In this document: positions 12,586 through 25,700 of the stretch, one piece after another
Layout: each line of letters opens with the position of its first letter
Position numbering within the stretch: the stretch's first letter is position 1
Assembly (NCBI GenBank): GCA_030141605.1
Contig: JAQGDQ010000219.1
Coordinates: forward strand, 124,001 to 188,000
DNA: 64,000 nucleotides
Source of the DNA: Tubiluchus corallicola
Lineage: Eukaryota > Animalia > Priapulida
Direction: 5' to 3'
Notes under the pieces: generated by a model
Seen by the model: only the letters and a program-made list of their open reading frames with translations
Database searches by the model: none
Told to the model about the DNA's origin: nothing
Program-made: the position numbers and the translations under genes

Positions 12586-14369
12586 TTCTAGTGACCATTT
12601 AAACTTTTATAACTGATAAGATTAACTTAACGTCAACTTTGGCATACATGAATTACGTATAAAATCTACACATAATACGTTGTTTTTAAGCTCATATTGT
12701 TGTTTACACGAAAAACTAAGCTAAATACTGAGCCAATGCTCTTGCTCTCCACATTCGCCTTGGCTGATACACATTGAGTTAAGTAAAGCATTCAGCAAAG
12801 TGATTTGTTAAGCGGAACTTCAATAAACGAAGCCAAATTATCATTATACACATTTTGCACGCGATGCTCAAGAGCAAAAAATTATATTTTTTAAACTGAA
12901 GTATACAACTTCAAATAATTCCGGATACTCTAATACGTTGTGTGTGTTTCATCACTTACGTGTAGTCAACAGAATAAACTTGTTTACACTCTGGCACACT
13001 GTAGCATTTAAAGTCATTTTTTTGCATATTTTGTACACAATGACTTACTAACGACCTCCACTATCACTCCTGTGTCAACCACACTTAATTGGCACCTTAC
13101 AATCTATGAGTCACACAACAGAAAAAGTATTATAATTTTGTGGGGGCTAGCTTCAACCTCAGATGATATGTCATAATGTAACACGTTTTGTACGTCTTTT
13201 TTCTGCATGTATTAACTATTAATTAAAACTAACAAGCCTGACATCTCACTGACTTAATTGTACACTACAGTACATAATAGTATGCTGTATTATATTCCCA
13301 AAGTGCTGGCTGAACAGTTATGCAATAAAACTGTAGTGTATTGAAAACTCAACTGTGACAAGAATTCTCCCAAAAAGTCAGTAAAATAAATGCAAAGCTA
13401 CACTATGTATATTGCCTAGTGTGTTACTATAAGAGGGTGGAAGATTATACTAATGTGGAAGTGCCCAACAGGCTCAAGCAACTTAAATGCATTAAATAAA
13501 GGCCCAATACAAGTGGCAATAGGCAATAATTAATATGGCCCTAGCTCGTACTAAGTCAGATTTAAGGTACACCTGCATCTAGTTTATTACTGAGTACTGG
13601 TACTGACAACACCATCTCCAGATCACTTACTATAATTTATGCCCAGCTTCGTTTTTTACATCATCACCTGACAAACCTAAAAAGTCCTGAAAATCATAAT
13701 TAAAAATCAATGTCGCGTTTAAGAGCAGTTGATTTAATAACTCTTTAGTTTCCTCGCCAACCTTTCCTTGAGTTTATATTTAATATTAATATATATATAT
13801 ATATGTGACTAAATTTATCGTTAATGCAAGGGAAAATAAATACGAACCTGAATCCCTCCACTCAATTTAAATTAAAAATAACCGCACACAAATTCTCAGT
13901 AGAAAAAATCAGTTCTGATAACAAAGTTCTTTAACTTTTTTGTAGTTACTTTTTAGCAATTAAGATCAACTACTATTAATAAATAGATAACTACAAAATG
14001 TTTAATGCAAGAACAAAAATAAAAAGTAATCAACAATTTCGCGCGCGTTAGGCACGTTCTGCTATCTAGCGTTAAAAATTGTACACAATTTAAACAATCT
14101 TTGTCGTAAGCCATAGATTCGGAAAAAGACAATTGTTTAATACACGTCATCATCCAATGAATCATACGTCCAGGGACATGATTCTGCTCACCTCCCTATG
14201 CCAGGACTCTCTGCTCGCCGCAATGCCCCCAAGTCCATTTTATTTTTGTTTACAACAAGCTCCATTCTGTTCAGATTCTCGTCTATTGAGTTTTTTTATT
14301 TCATCTACTTCTTCTTTGTTTCTTGTAATTCATGCCACATCATCATGTTTAATACTGATGAATGCTGGC

Positions 14370-14757
14370 TAGGGGTGAGCATTCTCTACAAGAAAGCAAA
14401 TTCGAATCGAATCGAATTTGTCACTTTCGAATTCCTATCGAACCGAACTTCAGTATTTCGATTTCAAATTGAGACTGAAAGATTTTTGAACAAGTATTCG
14501 AACCACAAGTAAAAATCATTCTTACAAAGAAAGATCATGCATATTACACGATTTTCTTCTGCAGTAAAACCACTAATGAGGTGCAGAGGAATTGTGCACA
14601 TTAAAAACTGTGTATAGAAATCAGAGCTAAATTATGCTAAGTGTATGATGTTTCAAACGTTTTAGTGATAAAGAACGTATGTGGTTGGATTGCTGAGTTA
14701 TTCGAATCTATACTTTTAGGTTCGAATTGAACGTTCAATACTCATTGCTTACCTCTA
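14370..14757. mobile_element. Degenerate hAT-like MITE with TTCGAA-rich subterminal repeats
   Basis: Ends TAGGGGTGAGCATT and ATTGCTTACCTCTA form an imperfect inverted pair, with many (T)TCGAA motifs near both ends. No clear target-site duplication. Confidence 0.5.
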
Positions 14758-16239
14758 CTGATAAGCAAACTTCAAAAAATGTTTTTCAGCATAGATATTT
14801 ATTATTGTTATAAAAATTAATTAATAGTGTGTAGCAAGAAGTTTGACACAAATGTCATCTGCAATGATTGTTTGCTTAGAAAATAAAAACAAAACATGTG
14901 TCTGAAATATTTGAGTCACAATGATAACGAGAAATAATTCTAATACCAGAAAAGTAAATTTTGATTGACTTAAGCATCCCTCAAGGAAAATAAAAAAATG
15001 ATATTTTGGGTAGTGCAATCAGTGATACTTAAGCTATCGCAATCTGTGTTGGGATAATTGATTAATAAGTGCAATTTTGCAAAAGTCCTTGTAAATTTTA
15101 AAAATTTTTTACAAGTTTTACAATTACAAATTCAGTGCAGTCGTTCAGATGTGTTGTGATGCTAATGTTTTGCCAACTTATACAATCATGTTAGATGATG
15201 TTGAAGCAGTAGAACTGTTGGTAAGACGATGTCTGTCTTCCATGGTCTGCTACCCCAAAGAAGAAACTACGTTGTATACTTCTGCACGATGGACAGAGGT
15301 GTTGCAGACAAAGAGCATGGCAGCTAGAGTTGATACCTGTTGATGTGCTTATTATGATGCCAGTGTGGGTGTATGGGTTCGTACAGCTGTTCAAGTTCGC
15401 ACTCTGGCTTTTGTCAGATTGCTTTTCCTCCTCTGTCTCCCATCATGACTCAACTTCATGCGAGCATGGGTGTGTGACAAAATTATGTTTAACTCCCTCA
15501 GAACCACAAGAGTTTGCTGCATCTTGCATAGGTTCATGAAAAGCTGCTTTCACTAAGCAACAAGCAACAATTACATTATATTTGATCATTTTTGTAGGTT
15601 TCTATACTATACACAATGGGCTTTAATCCAAAATTATATATGAAATGCATTTGCTTGCCTTAAACAAATTAAAAATCGCCTTTGACGAAAAAATTGAAAT
15701 AAAGCTTTCAGTAACTGGAATGGTTCAAGTTGCAACGTAACAATGTAGAGTATCAAGTGTGTGAAATCCGCTCTGATACACTTTGGCCTCAAGTCTGTTC
15801 TATTTTTAAGGAAAAATTCTTGTTAAACGAAATAACCTTAATGTATTTATCTGATCGGTTGGCTTTTCCTTGAACTCTGTACAACAGATAGTTCTCTTGC
15901 CTTTTGGGCTGCAGCAAGCAGGGGAACAGTAAAGAATGTGTACGATCGTGCAAGTGTACACCAGACTAAGTTACTCGATAGGCATTCGCGTACCCTAAAA
16001 AGGCATGTTTTTCTTAGTTTTATCCCAATAAATCACTTATGAAAGCTTAAACAGAACTGTTTTCTGTGCTATATTATATAAGCTGACATGGTGCTTCTTC
16101 AATGAAATTGCAGGGACTGTATTTTGTCAAAATTGAAGGCCACTTGTCACTTGATTGCTTATTTCTGTATAGATCGGTCTTGTTGCAGAGTACGATGATC
16201 TTGTTTGTTCCAGATGGAGGGAAAGAGTTGCCTGCAAAT

Positions 16240-17345
16240 AGTTAAGATTTTGCCATAGCAAAATCTTGCTGTTTATCATTGAGTTATTTACTTATTTATT
16301 TATTCTTCGCCACTTTAACGCTTAATAACTCGTAAGCCTTGCAAGCTAGAGCCACCAAACTCACAAGGTTGGTAGCCCTGGGCGGTGGACGTACAATTGT
16401 ATAGCAACCGATGACAACTGGTCAAGGGGGAAGGACAGTGGGTGTTGGTCAATTTTTTCTTTATGACTCAACTCCTCCTAGGGCTTTCGTTATTTTCCAA
16501 TTTTTTCACACGTATTTGGGTACTGTAGGGTAGGTGTACACCTGGGGTTTTAAAAAGCTGACAAGCTTTAAATGCTTGAGTGAGGGGCCAAAATGCAAAA
16601 TTTGGGGTCCTCCCAATTTGTGACCTTTTACACGCTGAGTGCTAGAGACCCAAAACTCACAGGGTACACTCGCTGGTCAAAGTTATATACGTATACACGT
16701 GACCCGAGTTGCCGGGTCAAAGGTCACAGAGCGGTCTGGTCTTCATTTATTTTACTTTAGGATCCATCTGCTCCCATAGTTTTTGAACTAGGGCGACAAT
16801 ATTTGGCAGGTTAGGTGGAGCCAAGTTGTTGGATATGGCAAAATATGGGTGATTTGGAGGGGGAAAGTTCTCTGCTAGGAGGAAAAAACCAAAAAATGGG
16901 GGTTGGGAACAAAAATGCATCAGGTGTCTTAGAATAGTACAGTGTAGCATATCAAATGAAAGGTCTCGATGAGACGAGTCGAATGACAAACGTTACAACG
17001 AGAATAGCTAACCTGCGACCCCACTAGGGGGCAAAAACCGAAAAATGGGGGTCGGGAACTGAAGTGCACTGAGTGCTGAGCAAAGGTACGTTGTAGCATA
17101 TCAAATGAAATGTCTCACTTAAGACGGATCGAATGACATAGGTTGCAATGAGAATAGCTAATCCGCATCACCGCTAGGGGGCAAAAACCGAAAAATGGAG
17201 GTTGGGAACAGAAACGCATCAAGTGTCTTGGAATTGTACCGTGCAGTGCATAAAGTGAAAGGTCTCGATGAGACGAGTCGAATGACATAGGTTACAGTTT
17301 GAATCATTAACCTGTGACCCAGTTAGGGGCAAAATAGGGGTCGAG
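16240..17345 (+). mobile_element. Helentron-associated (HINE/DINE-1-like) non-autonomous element with three internal ~150-bp tandem repeats (about 16885-17335)
   Basis: Terminal hairpin AAGATTTTGC-CATA-GCAAAATCTT followed by a TTAT-type simple repeat and an AAAGGTCA motif. The (G/T)GTCTC core recurs at 16962, 17111 and 17261, in a ATATCAAATGAAAGGTCTCGATGAGACGAGTCGAATGACA context. The tandem repeat is certain; the family assignment is inferred. Confidence 0.6.
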
Positions 17346-17629
17346 GAGAAAATGTCAATAATTTTTTTTATTAGCTTTGTATAACCAAAAATTATAAAAT
17401 TTTGATTAAAATTATGTAGTAGAGGTTATATTGACACAGTTGGATTAGATTGGTGTGTATATTTTCAGTCTGTATCGCAATATTCTGTAAGCTTTCATTG
17501 GCTGTACTGCTGTGGCTTGAAGTTGCGAAGAAGTGTTTTGCAGTGTTGGTGCTGCGAAATCTTATAGTAAATTTCACGAAGTTTACGTTTCCCTCTTCTC
17601 CATCTGTGTTTCGAGCTGACAAGGAAGCG

Positions 17630-17700
17630 GCCCTGCATTGGCCAATCAGCGCAGCTCTTCTGACAGGTCGGTTGATGTCGTCATAGCGACTCACTCCGAT
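17630..17700 (+). promoter_or_regulatory. SSBP proximal promoter with a palindromic double CCAAT box (ATTGGCCAAT, 17637-17646)
   Basis: A locally GC/CpG-richer segment about 100 bp upstream of the ATG containing CATTGGCCAATCAGC. Confidence 0.45.
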
Positions 17701-17745
17701 CCGTCCTTGACAGCAGGCTGACAGTTCAACTGTAGTATAGCAGGC

Positions 17746-20700
17746 ATGTATTCTAAAGGGAAAGCTTCTACTGTGCCATCGGATAGTCAAGCACGAGAAA
17801 AGTAAGTGCATTTTCGGTTTCTAATTTTGCTTTTTTTGTACATGAATGTCTTCTGCGTTCGGCTTTTTAAAAATTTTCTGCAAACTTGATCCGGGCATAT
17901 CGCCACAGTACGTTTTCTTATGGCCTTATTTCTGCAGGCGCTAGACATGTTAGAAAGCCCCCATAATGGCTGTTACGATCAGTGGCTTTTCTCCCCACTA
18001 TGGCCAATATTTAGGTCATCGGCTTGCCCTATAATAGTAAATTTAATTACTGGAAGCAGTTTTTTGAAAAATTGTTGGATTTTTTTATTTGTATTTTTGA
18101 CCAAAATTTGTTTGTTTTCGTCATGGATGGCATAAACTGAACGAATGCAATTCTTTGTGTATTGGCTATTCCACTTGTAGATGCGTGCGTACTGTATCGA
18201 CGCTGCTGTTCCACTCGAATGTCCATTGTTTATCATCTTAGTTTAGAGTGCGAGTTACTGTATTTATGGATTCATATGAGCTTTTACCCTAAATGTAAAA
18301 CCACAAATATTTCTCATACGTACCCAAAAATTTAGAATTAGTGGCAAAGAAGTCAATAATTTTTATCGTTTGTTTTGGTATCAAGTATACCATGTAGATG
18401 GCAGTAGACTGCCTTGATCTTGCTGTACCCTGTTTATGTACTATAGTGCTAGTGGCTATCCTGTTTAATTAACTATAATACTTCTGTGGCAAAAAATTCT
18501 TTTAGCTGTCTCAGTTTTCGAAATTTTCATTTCGGTTTAATTAAATGTCAGGTACTTTGGATATCATATGATTGATATCATGTGTTTCTAGATCTACATT
18601 TGTAAAATTTATAAATTCTTAAGAAGACTCTATACATGTGTGTGTACTATAAACAATCATTTGACTATGTAAATTAAATTATAACTGAAATTTGTAGAAC
18701 TTTTTGGCAAGACTGATAAACTTGGCTAAAGTTTACTTTAGTTGTATGCCTGTATTGCTTATTTATTTAATTTATTACTACTAAAGGTACAAAGTAAGGT
18801 CAATAGTAAGAGTATGTCAGTTACTTATAAAAGTCATGGTCACATAAGTGTACAAGTGTATACATGCCTTGTATGGTATTGGGTAGATACTGGGTACGTG
18901 CACTGCGATACCAAATACCAATGTCTGTGAATGAAAGATCACTGTAATATCACCATCATAAATTTTACCGAGAGGTTTTTGTTCCTTTCTTGAAATGATT
19001 TTTTATATTTTTGTGATTAGATGAATGTCTTATTGCTTTGTATGTTTTATTTGCAGATTAGCCTTATATGTTTATGAATATTTGTTACATGTTGGAGCAC
19101 AAAAAGCTGCACAGACATTCCTATCTGAGGTAAGACTGCGTTACAGTTGATTAATGTAAACTGAATTAATCATCATATAGTCCTCACTGCTTGATTTTTT
19201 TTTATTGGTGCTGTTATCGTATAAAGTCACAGCAAACTTTTCAGTTAAGTAGTTGTCTAGTTTCACACTAGGTGGCAGCATATATGTTAGGAGTCAGTAT
19301 TTGTAGATATGTCTATTGTCATGCTGAAGTTGACCTTATATTTTCCATTTCCACTTATTTACTTACACAAACTGTCTTTCAGTTAATACGTAACATAGAT
19401 TTAATTTGATTTTAATTATTTAATATAAAAAAATCATGGATTTTTTAAAGGTTAGTTTTGTAATTTCAGTTATTTATTCTGTGTATTCATAGATTTTTCT
19501 TTCATTACCTAAGAAACTCTTGCATTCTCTATTTTTGTGATTAGCAATAAAAATTGATTGGTGATTATAAGTCTATTTTAATAAGCTTGATATTTTTTCA
19601 GATTCGGTGGGAGAAAAACATAACATTAGGAGAACCGCCAGGGTTTCTACACTCATGGTGGTGGTATGTAGTTGCTCTGTTACTTTAAGCAATATTGGTG
19701 CAAGTATATTGAATTTTCAAAGTATTCTCATTATTTTATTTTCATGTATTTTTTTGCTTTTCACTGAAATATAAATGCGTTTGTGGTTATTAGTTTTTTA
19801 TGTTTATTTTCAAGTGCAGCCTACATGACGTTTAATAAGCTGCTTGTTTCTTTGTTTATTTGCCTTAATCAAACTAGTTGGCACATAAAGACTCGCTCAT
19901 TTTCGTGATGCAGGATTAATTATTATAATTATTTGATGAACTTTTAAAGAAAGAATTTAAATGTATTTAACTTTTATCACTTAGTCGTACTTCTATATTA
20001 GTATTTTACTTCGGTGTCTATGACACCATAAAATGTTGTGCATTCATGTCCTTTCACTTTTATCAGAACTTTTTCTTTCATTCAAAACCTTCATCACATT
20101 ATTCCACTGGTGTTTTTTTCATTTCATAAGAAGGATTTGGATACTTTGTTGAAGTGGTCCTTTGAGTTGCTGTTTATTTACTTTTCTTGCTTAAAGTAAA
20201 TATTTTCTATTAAATCAAACTCCTACACACGCTTGTACCATTTGCAATACTTTTGAACAACTAAAAATGATCAAAATTTTAACATTCCTACTTACATACT
20301 TTACATATGAAATTGAGAAAGTTGTTATGACTATTATTACTCGCTTTTGCTGAATTTTGTCAAAATTTTTTTGCAGAAGCAGTCTGTATTCTGTTTAAAA
20401 GTATTTTTGTACATGTTTATATTATTTTCATTTTCAAACTTCAGTGTTTTGCCCTATTTATTACTTTTCAAAAATTTACACTTTTTATGAATTACTGTTG
20501 TCTTTGTCATTTTTGTTTTGAAAAATGCGCCATCCACTGAGAGTCTGGGGCTCTTTCGTTAGAGTTTGTTGTTCGTACACACTACAAATAAAACAAAATT
20601 GGACAAAGTGCAGCAGTGATGTGTAAATATGCATGCCAAATTCTTATGAATGGCGCAAAACCTTGTAGAAATGTAATAGCTCATGTTTTTATAGTTATTG

Positions 20701-22742
20701 GTAGTTTGCAGCCTTTGATTTCATTGTGTCTGTAGGTGTGTTTTCTCTAGAACCCTGTTGCTTTAAGCTTAATTCTTCTTCTTTTTTAAACCTATCATTT
20801 TAGTACTTATAATTTGGTCTTGTTTACCAATTTCAAAAATGTTTTAGTTTGTTTTACTTGTTTCTTCGAATGAGTTTGCTGAAATATGTTGTGGACGTTT
20901 CATTTGTTTATCATATTATTTTTGTATGGTTTAAAATTGTGCTTGGTTTCTTGTAAGCCAAGAGTGCATTTGCATACATGATTGCAATTTGCCTTCAGCG
21001 CATATATTGCATCAAAATTTGATGTTAGTGTTAGATTTGTATGTAAGGGCTGACTGCATTACAGTTTTTTTGGATAGAAATTTTGTCATAATATTTGTCA
21101 CTTGAATTTTTTTGTGTATTTGTTAATTCTTTTTATTGAAAAATTATTGAAATATAAATCACATATGATGCTACAATGTGCTTTGCAATAATAAATATAT
21201 AGTAAACAGTGCTGATAATTAGCATGTCTATGCTTTTGTATATGGTGGTGCAACCCTTTCTTTCAAGCTTCTACATTGCACTGACACTTTTGTACGTAGT
21301 TGTTGATAGATTTTCTTGTTCATCCTTTCATTATGCTTCTCACATGGTACATCTTTTTGCAGTGTTTCTGCCTCTACATTATTTGCACATTCTCTGTGTG
21401 TGATTTTCATGCAGATGCAAACTGAATTTTGAGTACTCAGCAAGTGTTAAAATCTATGTTTTGCCTAATAGTCTTATTTTATTTGGATGTGTTAGTTGCA
21501 AGTTATGGACAAGATTTCTTCTTATCTGAGTATGAAATTTATCTTCAGGTTTGTTTACTTTTCAGTGTTTTTTGGGATTTATATTGTGCTGCTCCAGAAC
21601 GACGAGATACCTGCGAGCACTCTAGTGAAGCTAAAGCATTTCATGATTATGTAAGTATAGTAGTTGTATCCATTGTTATTGATGTATAGTTTAAAAGATT
21701 ATATCTGCTTTTAATTACCCAGGAACGTGAGTAATCACATCTGTCTGTCTGCGTGTTTGTTGGCACAACGAAATCGTCGCAGGTAAACAGGTCTTGGCAG
21801 GACCTGGAAAAAAATTATATTTTGGATTAAAAAGTCAATGGTCAAGATCATAAGATCAAAAAATGTCAAAAAATTATGCCCATAATAACTTCATGTGAGT
21901 CTGCACTTTGTTGAGGCCTCTCATTCTAGTGGAAAATAATGTTTACCAGAACAGAAAGTCAGGAAATTTTTCTTAAGCATATACAGTTGAGATGATTTAG
22001 CTAAATCAACTCTGTCAAAAATACCTCTGTTTATTTATCACATCTTTGTGCTTATCTTGCACCTTGCCATTCTCTGTTGATGCTTATGTTATGACCAAAT
22101 GAACCATTTCTAAGCCAAACAGAACTTTGCTTAAGCCAACAGAATTACTTGAATGGTTGATGATGCTTGCTGTTATCAACTTCTTTAGTGACTGAGATGT
22201 CTTAAATGTAAACTTTTGAACCTGCTTTGATGCAAAAAGTGAAGTTTTTGACATTTTTAATAACAAAGTAGATGAAATTTTGATGCCCTAAAAGTTTTCA
22301 GTTGTTCTAAGCTCTCTTGGCACATTCTAAGTACTATGAGTGACTTACTTAATTATCTAATGCTTTTTTTGCTGGGACAGTTTGGAAAAATAAAAACAAT
22401 TTACGTAGCAGTAGCAGAAAGTTAATAAATTTGCAATACTTGAATATCTGGCAATACTTTTCTTCTAAAACGATTGGTTGGGTATATGGCATTAAATTAG
22501 TTAACCAAAACGTGTTTTTGGGGTCTTGTGTGTTAATATCTATCTGCTAATGTGCTTTTTGCCAGTTTTTTGCAGTACCAGCTGTGGCTGGCATGGCACT
22601 AAAGGCAGTTGAGTAATACCGATCATCGTAATGTAATGATTTGGAAAAGTGGCTTTAAATTAATCACGTGAATGGAAAGCTTTGTGTTAAATTCCTCTTC
22701 AGGCATATGTTGATAGTAATACTTTGTTCCTTAACATTTTAT

Positions 22743-22777
<35 letters not shown>

Positions 22778-25700
22778 GCAGAGGGTTCCTGGTTCAAATC
22801 CAGGCTGTGTTCCACCCTTCACAATTCTTGTTTATCAAAGTTTGGTTTCAAAATCCAGTTAATTGGTGTTTGTACCATCGTTAATAGTAATATTAATCTT
22901 ATGATTATAATTAATAAACAGTTGGGTATAATTGACTAACAAAAATTTTACAAGCAATGCTAAATTATTTTTCTGTGTCTAATAATTTTGTCATGTTGGT
23001 GGTCACTGTTTTAGAAATCACTGGCTTGAAATTATTTTTACTACAATATGGCCTTTAATAAAAATCCTGTGTAATGTTAATATTAATAATACATTTATCC
23101 TAATTGGCTTATCACAACTCGGTATTAATTGTTTTATTAATTTTGTTAAATTCGTCACGATATCCAGAGTGTTCCAATCATCTTTCAAGTTAGTAAAAAT
23201 GGAAAACTAAAAAGACAATGATTTTAGTTCTTATCAGAAAAGTGGCATTACAACCAATTAAAGAGATGCAGCATTAACAACAGTAACTACAATGTCCTTG
23301 TTGGTAAAATGTTTATGAAAAACTCAGAGATTTAAATAAATTAAAATCAGTAAATTGAGTAGACTTTTGATTTTAGTACCATTAAAATTTCCTTTACAGG
23401 TCAGATAATGGTGCAAGTTTTTGATTAGGAACATTTAAAGTTCAGATTTTCTAGTCTCACAGACATGGATTGTTGTAAACTTTTCGTTACACTCAAGTAC
23501 ATGTGTTGTATTTCTAAAAACTATCATGTGTCGCGATAAATGAACTAGGACAGGTGTAATTAAAGATTTCACTTGTGAACTGTGAGCTTGTTACTTTTGG
23601 ACCAGGAAGTCATCATGTGAGACGGTTATTTACACTACAGCGCCTTTTGCACGTTTACTTTGAGACCAGAGCTGTAGTGTGTAGTGGTCAGTCTTCGCTG
23701 ACAGCTTGGCCGTATTGTACAGCAGCACATTGTCTTCTCTCCAGCAAGCAAGCCATGTGTGTTTGTAGAAATGCTGCTTCGCGTCTCTGCCACTTACTCT
23801 CCGCACAGATACTAAAATCAATACAGCCACTAGTTGCTATGGAAACATAATGTTAGAAATTGCCTTATCCCAGACGACTCTTCTGAGGTCAACACGATGG
23901 TTATTTTTATACTTTAGCTTGTTTTCCACCTTGTTTATTGGTGATGAACTGGCGAAATTTTCGTAAAATTTTTGCGCGGAAAATTTTCCAATGGCGACTG
24001 ATCGCTCATGCCAGCCAGGAAGCCAGCAGGCAGGCACAGCTCCCATGCTGAACCTCACTGGCTAGAACAGATCAAATGCATCTCTCACATATACATAATA
24101 TTACATTTCAATGATCCATGGACCTCATATTTGCCGAAATTATAGCCATAAGCAGACTGCAGTTTTGTCATTTTTGGGCTGTTACTGATGGCAATGGGGC
24201 AAGATTTCATTAAAGTATTATGTGTCGAAAAAAATTATTTGTTGAGTTGGGCTTAATGTTTTAAACGGTTCCGTGAACATTTGCCCTGTCAGGAAGCTAT
24301 AATCATTTGTTACCCTGTTAGGTTGCACCTCTAGTAGCTTATTGTTTAACTGACGTTGAAAAGCGGTAGTAAAATTAGAAGTTAATTTTGATTAGCGTAC
24401 TGTTTTCTAATTCATTTAAAGCTTTGAATAAAATTTTCAGATTTATTGAAGTTGAATGATAGGTATTCATTTTTTACTTTTTATAGTCGATTTTTTCCTT
24501 TTTCATGACCAGGAAAGTTTCACATTGGCGCCGATCTTGTGTCTGACTTTTAAAAAAATTGTGCACAAGAATGCAAGTTAATCATTCTTTTATTGATGAA
24601 GCAATTATGGGAAGTCCAGTCGCTCACTGACAGCAGCGGCAGTGGTTCAGCGCTATGAGACATGTCTTATAGCGTGTGTTAGCCTTGTACAACTTTGTCA
24701 TGCTGTTTGCCAGTGTACACATAACACACCACCAGCCTGACTGCACTCTTAGCTATACTTATTATTTGAATGTCAGTCTTCAATAGTTGCTGTCCAACAG
24801 GCAGAACATAATAATAACGTCACACTGTGTATTCGCTGCCTTAGGCTATGTATATGATAAATTCTTACCTGGTTAAACTAAAGCATGCTGTATAGGGGTT
24901 GTTTGGGTGGCTTAAATGGCTATGATTTTCAATGCTCAAAAAATAGGCAGAGTATCTATGGAATTTTAATGTACAATATCAATTTGCAGTTTGTTGTATT
25001 TGTGTCCATAAGCGAAAGACTGTTTTTTAATGTTTTTATGATTAAATCTTTAGATACAAGTTCAAACTGTTTTAAGTAACAAAACAAGCATGCTAAGCAC
25101 TTAATTTTATGTTTATTTAAATGAAATTAAGCAATAAAAATGTGTGTACTTCTCATTTTAATGGAATTTATCCCAATGCTAATTGCGATGTTGATAATAA
25201 TGAATATCTGAATTAATGATTGAAAGTTTGTTGTTCTTGTTTTCTTGTTTTTCATTGTCACTTGTGAATTTTGTTACTTTGTTTTAGTGAATTTGTTACC
25301 ACTAGATTAATTGTATGACTGATAATATTGTATGACTATATTATATTAAGTTTTTTTATTTTCTGCAGGGTTTTGTAAATTCAGGTTACGGTGTAAATGT
25401 AAATGGCCTGGCTCACGTAAGTAAAATTTTAAGTACTGTTTATATACTAGGATAAAATTTATTGTTTATTAGTGGAAAATCGTAATTATGAAAGCTGCCT
25501 GAACATCTGCTTATTAAAATCCTAACTATTCGTGCATGTCATTTGAAATTAAAAAAGGCAAGCTAGCTATTAGATGAACTCCGACTGGAAAATTTAATGA
25601 AGTATCATTTATATGGTATATGCAATGGTATTTCGAGGTGGCAATTTTGAACAACTCATTGGGCGGGAAATCGGCCCATTTATATTTTCCTTGTATTGGC

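Noticed and set aside
17392-17811. 139-aa minus-strand ORF over the SSBP promoter
   Set aside because: It has no recognisable domain and is an antisense shadow of SSBP exon 1 and its GC-richer promoter.
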